Assembly (NCBI GenBank): GCA_964247055.1
Contig: OZ176052.1
Location: 12,648,001-12,712,000 of the forward strand
Length of the DNA: 64,000 bases
Source: Paragordius varius
Taxonomy: Eukaryota; Animalia; Nematomorpha
Direction of reading: 5' to 3'
Below the pieces are notes generated by a model. That model did not search any database. It worked only from the letters and a program-made list of their open reading frames with translations, and was not told where the DNA came from. The position numbers and the translations under genes were made by a program. Shown in pieces: positions 53,071-64,000 of this stretch (positions within the stretch are counted from its first letter, which is position 1; each line of letters begins with the position of its first letter).

Positions 53071-55072
53071 ATAGTTTAGCAAATGATATTTTTTGAATAA
53101 TATTTCATCATATTTTTAAACCCCCCGATTTCGGACTTGTAATAAGTTGTGTGACAAAGTTGCTCATTTAGTTTTTGCAATTTTTTGTTTAAATTTATTA
53201 TCACAATCAATTTTTTTCAAAAAGTCCCATAAAATAGCCCTTTAAAGGATATATTTTGACTACTCTCAAAGCTCAGTTTGATAGCCCATAAAAATACTAG
53301 GTGTTTTTTTTGATAACATCTACATCCATACAAAAGGATATTACCATATTTTCCATGGATTCGTAGCGATTTTCGATACGGCTTAATTGTCAAATTAGTG
53401 GAACTTTTTGGACTTAAAAATCTTTTAAATAAATCGAATTTAGTCTAAAAATTAAATTTTAGCCATATTCTGGAGCCCGTGATTTTGCAGAACCTTCCAA
53501 TAAGTCTTCCTTTAATGAGAATATTTTATCAAATCTTATTATATAACCATGATTTTAAAATCGGACCAAAGTTGATACTTACGAATTTAAATATCTATTT
53601 ATTCTAATTTTTTTAATAATTAGCAAATACGCTGGCAGAGTTTTATGTGTTATTTTCTCAATTGCCCTACGTTTTTATGACTCGTATGTCGGCCACTATC
53701 ATGATTAAAATTGACGCAATTAAAAATTTAATTTACGTAATAAAAATATGTCAATTATTGATTCATATGTTAACTGCCAACATTTTTATTACTAATCTAT
53801 TACATTTTTCTCTCAAGTTTTTTAAGCTTAAATTTAAGAGTTTTTATCAACCTTCATACTAGAAAAAAATTTTGATATGTATTATATTAAATTTAAAATA
53901 TATTTTATTAAATATACATGAAAAAATTAGTCTAATAAGAACAATTAACAGTTTTTTACATGTCTTTATTTTTATAGAATGTTCTACGCCTATATCCAAT
54001 TTATTCCATTCAGTTAATATACATTGAAAGCATTTTCAGACTTGGGAACCTAAAAAAGTAAATATTTAATTAAGTATTTCGATATTTTATAATATAGAGA
54101 ACTCTATACAGCGGCTCTTTCTACTACTCATATAATTTTAAAGTACATTTTATTTTAAAAGAAAAGTTAATAACAAAAGCCTACAATTAGGTTTGAATCT
54201 TTCACAATAAGTGGAGTTTACTATATATAAAGTATCAGTGGGTAAATAGTAGAATTTCAGTTCAAAACCGCCGGGCCTGTAAAAGATGTAAATACATGGG
54301 CTTTGTTTAGATTTCAATCAATGTTAGTGTTAACATCTTTTCCAAAAACGATTAGTAACGCATAAACGTATTAAATTTCAAAATGGAGAACACTCAAAAA
54401 TACATTGGTCATATTCATATATCTTGGCTTAATATAAGATATTCGAATTTTCTGTTGCATATATTTGGATTTGCATTCTTCAAATTATTTATAACATTTT
54501 TAATGATTTGAAAATTAATATAATTTGTTTCGAATTTGTAATGGTCCGATTACAATTAGAGTTGGCAAATGTAGATGATAGGAATAAGTATTTAATAAAT
54601 AAAAAATTGTTTATCGGTGTCAAAATGATATTCATTTTTTCAACTAATCTAAATGCGATACCTATAAAATTAACAACATTTTTGCGAATTTCTATTATAA
54701 ACTTATCATTAAAAAGACTTTATTTAACCTCTAGCAATGAAAGGATTTCTTAATATTGTAAGATGGTGGTTTTTTTCCTTTATAACATCTTTCAACGCAA
54801 TTGATATGATTGCATAATGGGTAGGGACCAAGATCTATTTAGATTTATTTTTTATAAAAAATTGATCTAATTCTTATGGTTATCGTCTAAATTTATATGA
54901 CTCCAAAAAATAAGAATAAATTTGAGAAGCTAATGTGTTTAAATTAAAGAAATGGATATAAATATTTCAGAATAAATCATGTCATAAACGCTTACAAAAA
55001 TTAAACGTAAGATTATTTTTTTTGTAAATAAATTAATTATAAAGAATTTTTTTCGGTCCCGACAATCAATTT

Positions 55073-56120
55073 CACTAGACAATAAATTTTAACTTTTTTT
55101 AACTGCCATTCTTGTAAATTTAAAATTTATTTCATTAAAGTACATAATTAGTATATTTGAAAAAAATTGGTCTAACACCCAAGAATTGTTTTAAATCAGA
55201 GTTTATCGATAATTTTTGGCCCCGATTTAACATTAAACTCGAAATTTTGAAAATCAAAAGTTTTAGATATGAAGCCATGTATTTTATATCATTCGAAAGA
55301 GCTCAAAAAACGTATCTTTTAAATGGTAGTAAGTCATTTAAATCAATCGGATGTAAAAGTTATTTGGGTTTAAGTGGTCGAAATTTTCAATCCTTAAAGT
55401 CAAATGTTTTCACAGACAAACTAATTTAAAAATCATATAAATTATTTTAATATAATTATTAGGGTTATGTTAGTATTTATTTAAAAAAAATGTTTGAAAA
55501 AGCTTTTGGTTTGCTTTTTTGATAAAAATTATTATTATCATAAATATTTTACCTACATAATGGCTATAAAAGATCAAAAATACCTTAAACTTTGTTTTTA
55601 TCTTTAAAATTTCGTAATTATCAGCCTGGTAAAGAAATTAAATTAATATTGATGAGATGGTAATTTTTAAAAAACAAAACTTAAAAATGGCTGTTTTGAG
55701 TGACATAAAATTGATAAAAAATGTTTAATCAAAAAAATTTTCTTGTGTTATCTTTTTTGGATATTCATCACCATCTAAATAAATGAGCTATTTTCGTCCA
55801 TTAGTTTTAAAAATATATTAATTAAAAAAATGCTCTCGCCTCGCGCGTTTGTCGCTCTCTGTGTCCAATATTAGTATGCATTTTATAAGGTTTTTATTAC
55901 TCTTTCAAATGATATATTACAAACGGGCATTACTTGTATATTTTCTAAGGAAGACATTTTTTAGTAAAATTTTGATAAAGAGGGCGCATAATTAAAAAAA
56001 TCAAATTAAACAAAATTCTTATAAGGAGTCATAATAATTATTTCAAATTTACTGTTAAAATGATACTTAATATCAGAAAATGCAAAAAACTCGAGTGGCA
56101 GAAAAATTTGTTTTCCAGTG
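55073..56120. mobile_element. Second copy of element Z (1048 bp)
   Basis: CACTAGAC...TTTTCCAGTG at the same site as 45233-46316. Confidence 0.7.
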
Positions 56121-57177
56121 TTTGTTTATATTTGATCGTGTTTTATCAACACTTATTTAATAAAGAAGTTAATATTTAGCTTTACATCGTTTAACATACA
56201 TGTTAATAGTATGGAATAATCTAAACACTAACAGTTTATGTAAAAAATTTTGGTCGAACGCGCGCGCGTAACAACAGTTTATTATTCTTTAATATCTGTT
56301 TAATTTTTATGCAGAATGCAATGAGGATCAACCCAATTAGTGAAAAGTTGGGAAATTGATGTCGCTTGAATGATGTGTGGTAAATTTTTTTATTACTGAA
56401 TATTTTTATTTTAGCATTCCAATATTGGGAATAATAATAGAAGTTGCACACATTTAAAAGCTATAACAATTTAATGATTTTTGGAATAAAATCTGGTTAA
56501 AATACTAGGAATAATTTGTTTACTTTTTGTCTATTTGCCAAAATCAAAATCACACTTTTCGCGCACTTTTCATGGAATATAAATCCTTGGGGGAAACACT
56601 TATATTTTATTTTTAATAAGTTCTATAGAGATCATCTCAAATCAGTCTATATATAACTCTTTACGATAATATTAAAAAAGTACAATAGCTGATACATTTT
56701 ATTTAAATATTTCATTACTAATGAAAGTTTACCCATGTTATTCGGTTTATAAATTATTAATAGCATTAGAAATAGGTATTATAGGAATGCGTTATAAAGG
56801 AATTCAAGAACATAATATATGATATATATATTGTACAATTTAATGTATAAAAATTTCTATTTCCTCAGTCATTCAAGATAACAACTTTTTTACCCGTAAG
56901 CCGGAATCAAAAACTTAAGTTGCGCCAATATAATTGAAATTTTGGGGATTATTACTTGCTATTAAGGCGATGGAAATTCTTATAAACATCATATTGTACA
57001 AATATATATATATTATATATATATATATATATATATCGAATTCGGAGACATAAAATGTATCATACATATATTCGTTTTTTAAATAGTTAAATTTACTGGC
57101 TTTAATAAGCGGACGTTACAGAAAAGGAAAAACCAATTTTATTGTATTTGTAAGCATGGTTGAAACGGTATAAAACT

Positions 57178-60100
57178 TTGCGCATACCTCGTTAATTCTT
57201 CAAAGACTTTCTAAAATAATTATCTATTTTGCTATTTAAAAAATATAATTATTTAGCCGATACGCATTTTTCTCCTATGTTCTTAAAGAAATCTTTATAA
57301 TTAAAGAGTCAGCCCAAATAAGTTTGCTTCATGTATCATAACGAAGCTCTAAAACGCAAAATATTTTTTTAAAGATTGATGCTTACGAATAAAGATACGC
57401 TGCCAGCATGCGGTGAAATCTCTTATTTTTATTTGAACCATATTATTTATTCTTGAAGTTATCCAATAAAACGCACTATTTTAATGCGTTAAAATTATTA
57501 AATAATAGACTAAAAATATTTCCTTTTCCGCTGAAAGCTGTATAAGTAAAAATCAAATATATAAATATGGATTAACACAGTGCACCAAAAAAATATTTTG
57601 AATATTGATAAAAAAATTGTTTAGGTTCTCATGGCGCTTTGTTCTGACTTACTGATATAAAAAAAGGTAATTGCAGTGTCCATATTGAAAAATCGCAAAA
57701 TTAACACTATATGAAACAAGACTAGTTGTTTAAAATCAAAATTCATCACATTAAAAAGCTAAACGTTGATGAAATTTTAGACGAAATATTACAAAGTCGC
57801 AAATTTTTGGAGCTCTCTAAAATGAGCTATTTTTCCTACAATAAACTTACGCATACCGAGATTCCGACAAAATAATTTTTAATATATGTTTGATGTCGGT
57901 ATCTAAAAAGTATTTCCAACAATAACGTGTTTTTACGTAAAAAAATTAATTTCATGATGAAACGAATTTTATTGTATTTGTAAGCATGGTTGAAACGTAT
58001 AATAAAACTTTAGTATATTACACTTTTTTGTATCACTGTGTGTAATTGCAAAATTATTTTCATTTGAGTACATTTTTGTAAAGAAGAACAAATTTTTTTA
58101 TAAATTATAATTAAAAGCATATTTTTTTGACGAAAATTCCGAGGCTCATAATATAATATTGTAAGTGTTTCTATTCTTAAAACATTTTTGAGCTTCAATA
58201 CTTCATACCATAACGGACCCTAAATTTTAAAGAAAAATATGCATTTTAAAATTTTCCTTCTTAAAAAATTTCGCGCAATCTCGGCATTTTTGCGTTAATT
58301 TAAAAAAATATACCATATAAGAGATCCGAATACTAATTAAAAATTCCTTTTAAATATACTTTGTTATGTTATTTAATAATATTTTTGAATTCAATCATTT
58401 AGCTTTTACTAAAAAAAATTTTTTTCGATATAATGTGCGTTAACTTTGCGATTTGTCGATGTGATTACAACAAAAGTGCATATTTTCTTTTATATCTCGT
58501 AACCCACAAAAAAGCACTATGAAATCATGATATATTTTTCAAAATTATAAATTTTATTAGAATATTTTAGATACCACTTCATTTTGTGCACGTGTTAAAG
58601 TATATAATTATTTTTTACAGTTAAGTGGATAAAATAATTTATGTTTAATTAATGTATAACAGTTGTTAATTGAAAACCAAATAAATATTGAACATCATAT
58701 CTGTTTAGTTCTTAATGTATTTCTAGAGCTTCCTTTACTTGATGCTTGTAGATATGTTGCATTTCGGGCATTTTTTTGTATTGGCTATGCTGTGATTCGT
58801 TTTAATAATGGGTTCAGCTATTTGACTTTTTGATTCTTATGTATGTTTGGATAATCTTGTCTATATCTCTTGTCTGGATTAACATATATTACAATGGGCT
58901 AATTGGTTTGCATCTTCCGGAGTACCTGTCGCCCTTAACTCCGTTTTTAAGTGGTAAAGAAATTCATAAACTTAATGATGCGTATATTAAACTATTAAAA
59001 AATTGACATAGTTTGGCTCTAACCTTTTTATGAAAGGTAAGACTGCTGTTCAAATAGGAATTTTAAAATTTGATTCGTATTTTGTTCATTTGTCCAAAAG
59101 TTTTGAGTGCCAGGTTTCCTAGGTTACCATGCACCAACTTCCCGAAAAATTTTGTATCAAACACACATGTTCGAAGTTAATTCCAACTACTTTAACCGCG
59201 TGGTGTTGCTTAAGAACTTACAGCCTGTATATGGCGAATTGGAAGATCGACTTGAGAAAATCGTAGTATCTTAGGACATGCTCCAGCCTGGTGAGGTCTA
59301 GTCTCTCAATTAAAGAGGTTTGTTTATAAAGGTATATAATTATTAGGCTAATAAGAAACCATGAATAAGGACTTTCGTATTATTGTGCGATAAATTTTTT
59401 ACACTCGATTAATTTGTTGTTGGGATAATCATTTTATGATAGATCTCCATAAAGGTTCGAACGGATTTTTATACTGCTGAAATCTCAGATGTTGTAACCC
59501 CTTTAGGATTTAAAAAATTAAGCTCTGTGGGATGAATGTTGGTTTTAATAAAATAGGTCTATATGCGTTAGTTTACGATAACCTTTCAGCTTAATGTGTC
59601 TTAAAAGACTTTGTGTTATTAATAGTAGCATATTTACGACTATTCATTATATGTGATAATGGCATAAAAACTAAAAAAAAATAGTTTCATACTGCTGAAA
59701 TCACAGATGCTGTAAGTCCTTTATCTCAGGATTGAAATAGTTGAGCTCTCTGTAATAGTTGGTTTTTTACATTTGAATCTCGATAAACTTTGTGCTTAAT
59801 GTGGTCTTTAGGATTTTTAATAGTTTTTACATCTATAAATTTATTAGAAGTTTTCAGTCCATTGAATTTGATGTTTATTGTGAAAACTATTTTTTTTAAT
59901 TCTTATGCCATTATCACATATAATGAATAGTCGTAAATATGCTACTATTAATAACACAAAGTCTTTTAAGACACATTAAGCTGAAAGGTTATCGTAAACT
60001 AACGCATATAGACCTATTTTATTAAAACCAACATTCATCCCACAGAGCTTAATTTTTTAAATCCTAAAGGGGTTACAACATCTGAGATTTCAGCAGTATA

Positions 60101-62389
60101 AAAATCCGTTAGAACCTTTATGGAGATCTATCATAAAATGATTATCCCAACAACAAATTAATCGAGTGTAAAAAATTTATCGCACAATAATACGAATGTC
60201 CTTATTCATGGTTTCTTATTAGCCTAATAATTATATACCTTTATAAACAAACCTCTTTAATTGAGAGACTAGACCTCACCAGGCTGGAGCATGTCCTAAG
60301 ATACTACGATTTTCTCAAGTCGATCTTCCAATTCGCCATACACAGGCTGTAAGTTCTTAAGCAACACCACGCGGTTAAAGTAGTTGGAATTAACTTCGAA
60401 CATGTGTGTTTGATACAAAATTTTTCGGGAAGTTGGTGCATGGTAACCTAGGAAACCTGGCACTCAAAACTTTTGGACAAATGAACAAAATACGAATCAA
60501 ATTTTAAAATTCCTATTTGAACAGCAGTCTTACCTTTCATAAAAAGGTTAGAGCCAAACTATGTCAATTTTTTAATAGTTTAATATACGCATCATTAAGT
60601 TTATGAATTTCTTTACCACTTAAAAACGGAGTTAAGGGCGACAGGTACTCCGGAAGATGCAAACCAATTAGCCCATTGTAATATATGTTAATCCAGACAA
60701 GAGATATAGACAAGATTATCCAAACATACATAAGAATCAAAAAGTCAAATAGCTGAACCCATTATTAAAACGAATCACAGCATAGCCAATACAAAAAAAT
60801 GCCCGAAATGCAACATATCTACAAGCATCAAGTAAAGGAAGCTCTAGAAATACATCAAGAACTAAACAGATTTGATGTTCAGTATTTATTTGGTTTTCAA
60901 TTAACAACTGTTATACATTAATTAAACATAAATTATTTTATTCACTTAACTGTAAAAAATAATTATATACTTTAACACGTGCACAAAATGAAGTGGTATC
61001 TAAAATATTCTGATAAAATTTATAATTTTGAAAAATATATCATGATTTCATAGTGCTTTTTTTGTGGGTTACGAGATATATAAGAAAATATGCACTTTTG
61101 TTGTAATCACATCGACAAATCGCAAAGTTAACGCACATTATATCGAAAAAAATTTTTTTTAGTAAATGAATGATTGAATTCCAAAAATATTATTAAATAA
61201 CATAACAAAGCATATTTAAAAGGAATTTTTAATTAGTATTCGGAACTCTTATATGGTATATTTTTTTAAATTAACGCAAAAATGCCGAGATTGCGCGTTT
61301 AAGAAGGAAAATTTTAAAATGCATATTTTTCTTTAAAATTTAGGGTCCGTTATGGTATGAAGTATTGAAGCTTTAAAATGTTTTAAGAATAGAAACACTT
61401 ACAATATTATATTATGAGCCTCGGAATTTTCGTCAAAAAAAATTGCTTTTAATTATAATTTAAAAAAATTTTGTTCTTCTTTACAAAAATTTACTCAAAT
61501 GAAAATAATTTTGCAATTACACACAGTGATACAAAAAAAGTTTAATATACTAAAGTTTTATTATACCGTTTCAACCATGCTTACAAATACAATAAAATTC
61601 GTTTCATCATGAAATTAATTTTTTTACGTAAAAACACGTTATTGTTGGAAATACTTTTTAGATACCGATATCAAACATATATTAAAAATTATTTTGTCGG
61701 AATCTCGGTATGCGTAAGTTTATTGTAGGAAAAATAGCTCATTTTAGAGAGCTCCAAAAATTTGCGACTTTGTAATATTTCGTCTAAAATTTCATCAACG
61801 TTTAGCTTTTTAAATTATTTTTGTGATGAATTTTGATTTTAAACAATTAGTCTTGTTTCATATAGTGTTATTTTTGCGATTTTTCGATATGGAGACTGCA
61901 ATTAACTTTTTTTATATCAGTTGTAAGTCAGAACAAAGCGCCATGAAAACCTAAACAATTTTTTTATCAATATTCAAAATATTTTTTGGTGCACTGTGTT
62001 AATCCATATTTATATATTTGATTTTTACTTATACAGCTTTCAGCGGAAAAGGAAATATTTTTAGTCTATTATATAATAATTTTAACGCATTAAAATAATG
62101 CGTTTTATTGGATAACTTCAAGAATAAATAATATGGTTCAAATAAAAATAAGAGATTTTACCGCATGCTGGCAGCGTATCTTTATTCGAAAGCATCAATC
62201 TTTAAAAAAATATTTTGCGTTTTAGAGCTTCGTTATGATACATGAAGCAAAGGGCTGACTCTTTAATTATAAAGATTTCTTTAAGAACATAGGAGAAAAA
62301 TGCGTATCGGCTAAATTATTATATGTTTTAAATAGCGAAATAGTTATTTATTTTAGAAAATAAATAAAGAATTAACGAGGTATGCACAA
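57178..62389. repeat. 5.2-kb inverted duplication (palindrome): arms ~57178-59689 and ~59881-62389, spacer ~190 bp
   Basis: Arms match base for base over long stretches with scattered indels (e.g. GCGCATACCTCGTTAATTCTT vs AAGAATTAACGAGGTATGCAC at the outer ends; ATGTGATAATGGCATAA vs TTATGCCATTATCACAT at the inner ends). Confidence 0.9.
58809..59295 (+). pseudogene. Best-preserved copy of gene X (unidentified membrane-anchored protein); mirror copy on - strand ~60275-60760
   Basis: WVQLFDFLILMYVWIILSISLVWINIYYNGLIGLHLPEYLSPLTPFLSGKEIHKLNDA|LALTF(F)MK|VPGFLGYHAPTSRKILYQTHMFEVNSNYFNRVVLLKNLQPVYGELEDRLEKIVVS*DMLQPGE, using introns 58982-59011 and 59037-59107. Broken by a 1-nt deletion (T-run ~59025-59029) and TAG at 59272. 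Confidence 0.65.
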
Positions 62390-63229
62390 CTCATGTTTCG
62401 TAAATCGGCCAAAAAAAATATTTAAGTCACCGTAAATAAATTTTTAGGTAATTCGTATAATAGCGGAAGTTGCGTATCATTTATAAATAATCTATTTTTT
62501 TATAAATATAAAGACTGAGATAAACAATTTGGTGCCCCCGTTTTTTGATTTAGGTAAATTTTTTATATATCTTATAAGCCGGGATCAAAAACTTAAGTTG
62601 CGCCAAAATATTCAAATATAATAATTATCGTGTATGAAAACTTTCTAAATCAAGCAACCGAGGCCTAATTATATCTCTTTATTAAAATGTGAATGATAAC
62701 TACTTATAATTACATATATTATAGATTATATATTTTACGCTGCATCCGCCTTGATCGTAATTACCAAAACATTTATATTTATAAAATCTAAATTATTATA
62801 AAAAAGCCCACTTTTGGTGAATATAACTTATTGTTTGTGGTTAATAAATCTTTTAATATCACATATACTTTAATAAATAATGACAAATTGGAATTATGCA
62901 TATTATTTTGAGCGTTTTTCCCCGAACTTTGTAAATTAAATTTATAATTATCTAAGTTTATTATTATAAAAAACAGATAATTGAGTATTCCTCAATGGTG
63001 CTAATTAATTGACCTTATATTAATTAAATTATGAATTTTGATTTTGGCAAATAGTCACAATATTAATTGTAATCTCTTGTTGCTTAACATTTATTAATCT
63101 TGATTTTAAATGTGAAATAAAAATGATTGATAAACTCATCTATATAAATTTTGTCGTCTGCTGGGAAAATAGACCTTAAGAAGAAAAAGTTATTTAATCA
63201 TTTAGAGTTGATCCTTGTATGGAAAATAA

Positions 63230-64000
63230 TAGATTCTCAAAATAAAATTATTCTGGAAAAGTAAAATATTCTATTATTTAAAGTTTTAGATATTTAATTC
63301 TGAATATGGATTTAAAAAATAAATTCTGGGAAAGTATAATAATTTTTTATTTAAAGTTGTAGATATTTGTCGCTGAATATGGATTTTTAATATTAAATCT
63401 GGGAAAGTATAATATTTTATTATTTAAAGTTTTAGATATTTGTTTCTGAATATGGATTTTTAAATATTAAATCTGGGAAAGTATAATATTTTATTATTTA
63501 AAGTTTCAGATATTTGTTTCTTAATATGGATTTTTAAAAATCAATTCTGGGAAAGTATAATATTTTATTATTTAAAGTTTCAGATATTTGTTTCTTAATA
63601 TGGATTTTTAAAAATCAATTCTGGGAAAGTATAAAATTTTATTATTTAAAGTTTCAGATATTTGTTTCTTAATATGGGGTTTAAAAATCAATTCTGGGAA
63701 AGTATAATATTTTATTATTTAAAGTTTCAGATATTTGTTTCATATGGATTTTCAATTATCAATTCTGGGAAAGTATAATATTTTATTATTTAAAGTTTTA
63801 GATATTTGTTTCTGAATATGGATTTTTAAATATTAATTCTGGGAAGGTATAATATTTTATTATTTAAAGTTTCAGATATTTGTTTCTTAATATGGATGTT
63901 CAAAAATCAATTCTGTGAAAGTATAATATTTTATTATTTAAAGTTTCAGATATTTGTTTCTTAATATGGATTTTTAAAAATCAATTCTGTGAAAGTATAA
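63230..64000. repeat. Tandem satellite, ~74-bp monomer, at least 10 copies, runs off the window end
   Basis: ATTCTGGGAAAGTATAATATTTTATTATTTAAAGTTTCAGATATTTGTTTCTTAATATGGATTTTTAAAAATCA recurs at 71-74 bp spacing (63253, 63326, 63399, 63473, 63547, 63621, 63694, 63765, 63839, 63913, 63987). Confidence 0.95.

Larger units (their letters stand above)
9235..57125 (+). repeat. Tandem segmental-duplication array of five diverged 7-13 kb units (U1-U5)
   Basis: Same ordered blocks recur from ~9235, ~17359, ~30002, ~38801 and ~49688, each starting with the IDH3A last-intron acceptor region and last exon. Size differences are largely explained by discrete insertions. U5 is truncated at ~57125. Confidence 0.93.

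Noticed and set aside
58980-59110. Possible TGA/TAG recoding suggested by stops shared among X copies
   Set aside because: The TGAs fall in introns or result from a T-run frameshift, the TAG is TGG in other copies, and IDH3A/TMEM144 use the standard code (TGG Trp, CAA/CAG Gln, TAA stop).
60260-60460. Cathepsin-like DF...H...HAVKVVG...LIQN reading
   Set aside because: It is the in-register antisense of gene X. Differences between copies are synonymous in the X frame and non-synonymous in this one, and the NSW motif is absent.
60770-60835. ANTKKCPKCN resembling an RBR (Ariadne) RING2 start
   Set aside because: It is followed directly by a stop, is not conserved in homologous copies (KYNIPTSV), and has no further Cys/His ligands.

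Overview
Very AT-rich eukaryotic, animal-like genomic DNA with spliceosomal genes and some very short (24-38 nt) introns. The first 9.4 kb is gene-rich. It holds the 3' part of an unidentified micro-intron gene (+), a Helitron-like repeat and small MITEs, and a head-to-head pair with only 99 bp between start codons: TMEM144 (-, 10 exons, 404 aa) and mitochondrial NAD-isocitrate dehydrogenase alpha IDH3A (+, 10 exons, 353 aa). From inside the last IDH3A intron (~9235) to ~57125 lies a tandem array of five diverged 7-13 kb units (U1 ~9235-17358, U2 ~17359-30001, U3 ~30002-38800, U4 ~38801-49687, U5 ~49688-57125). Each unit starts with a copy of the IDH3A terminal exon and carries remnants of unidentified spliced pseudogenes; U1-U4 end in a satellite-armed hairpin. 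The units differ by nested insertions: a 3.8-kb Tc1/mariner-type foldback, GGG/CCC-ended, CAC/GTG-ended and hAT-like MITEs, and a Penelope retroelement. Their presence/absence pattern shows the units are recombinant mosaics. The window ends with a 5.2-kb near-perfect palindrome and a ~74-bp satellite. All analysis was done by eye: gene models are frame-checked, repeat boundaries are approximate, and no database search was run. No CRISPR, tRNA or rRNA was found.
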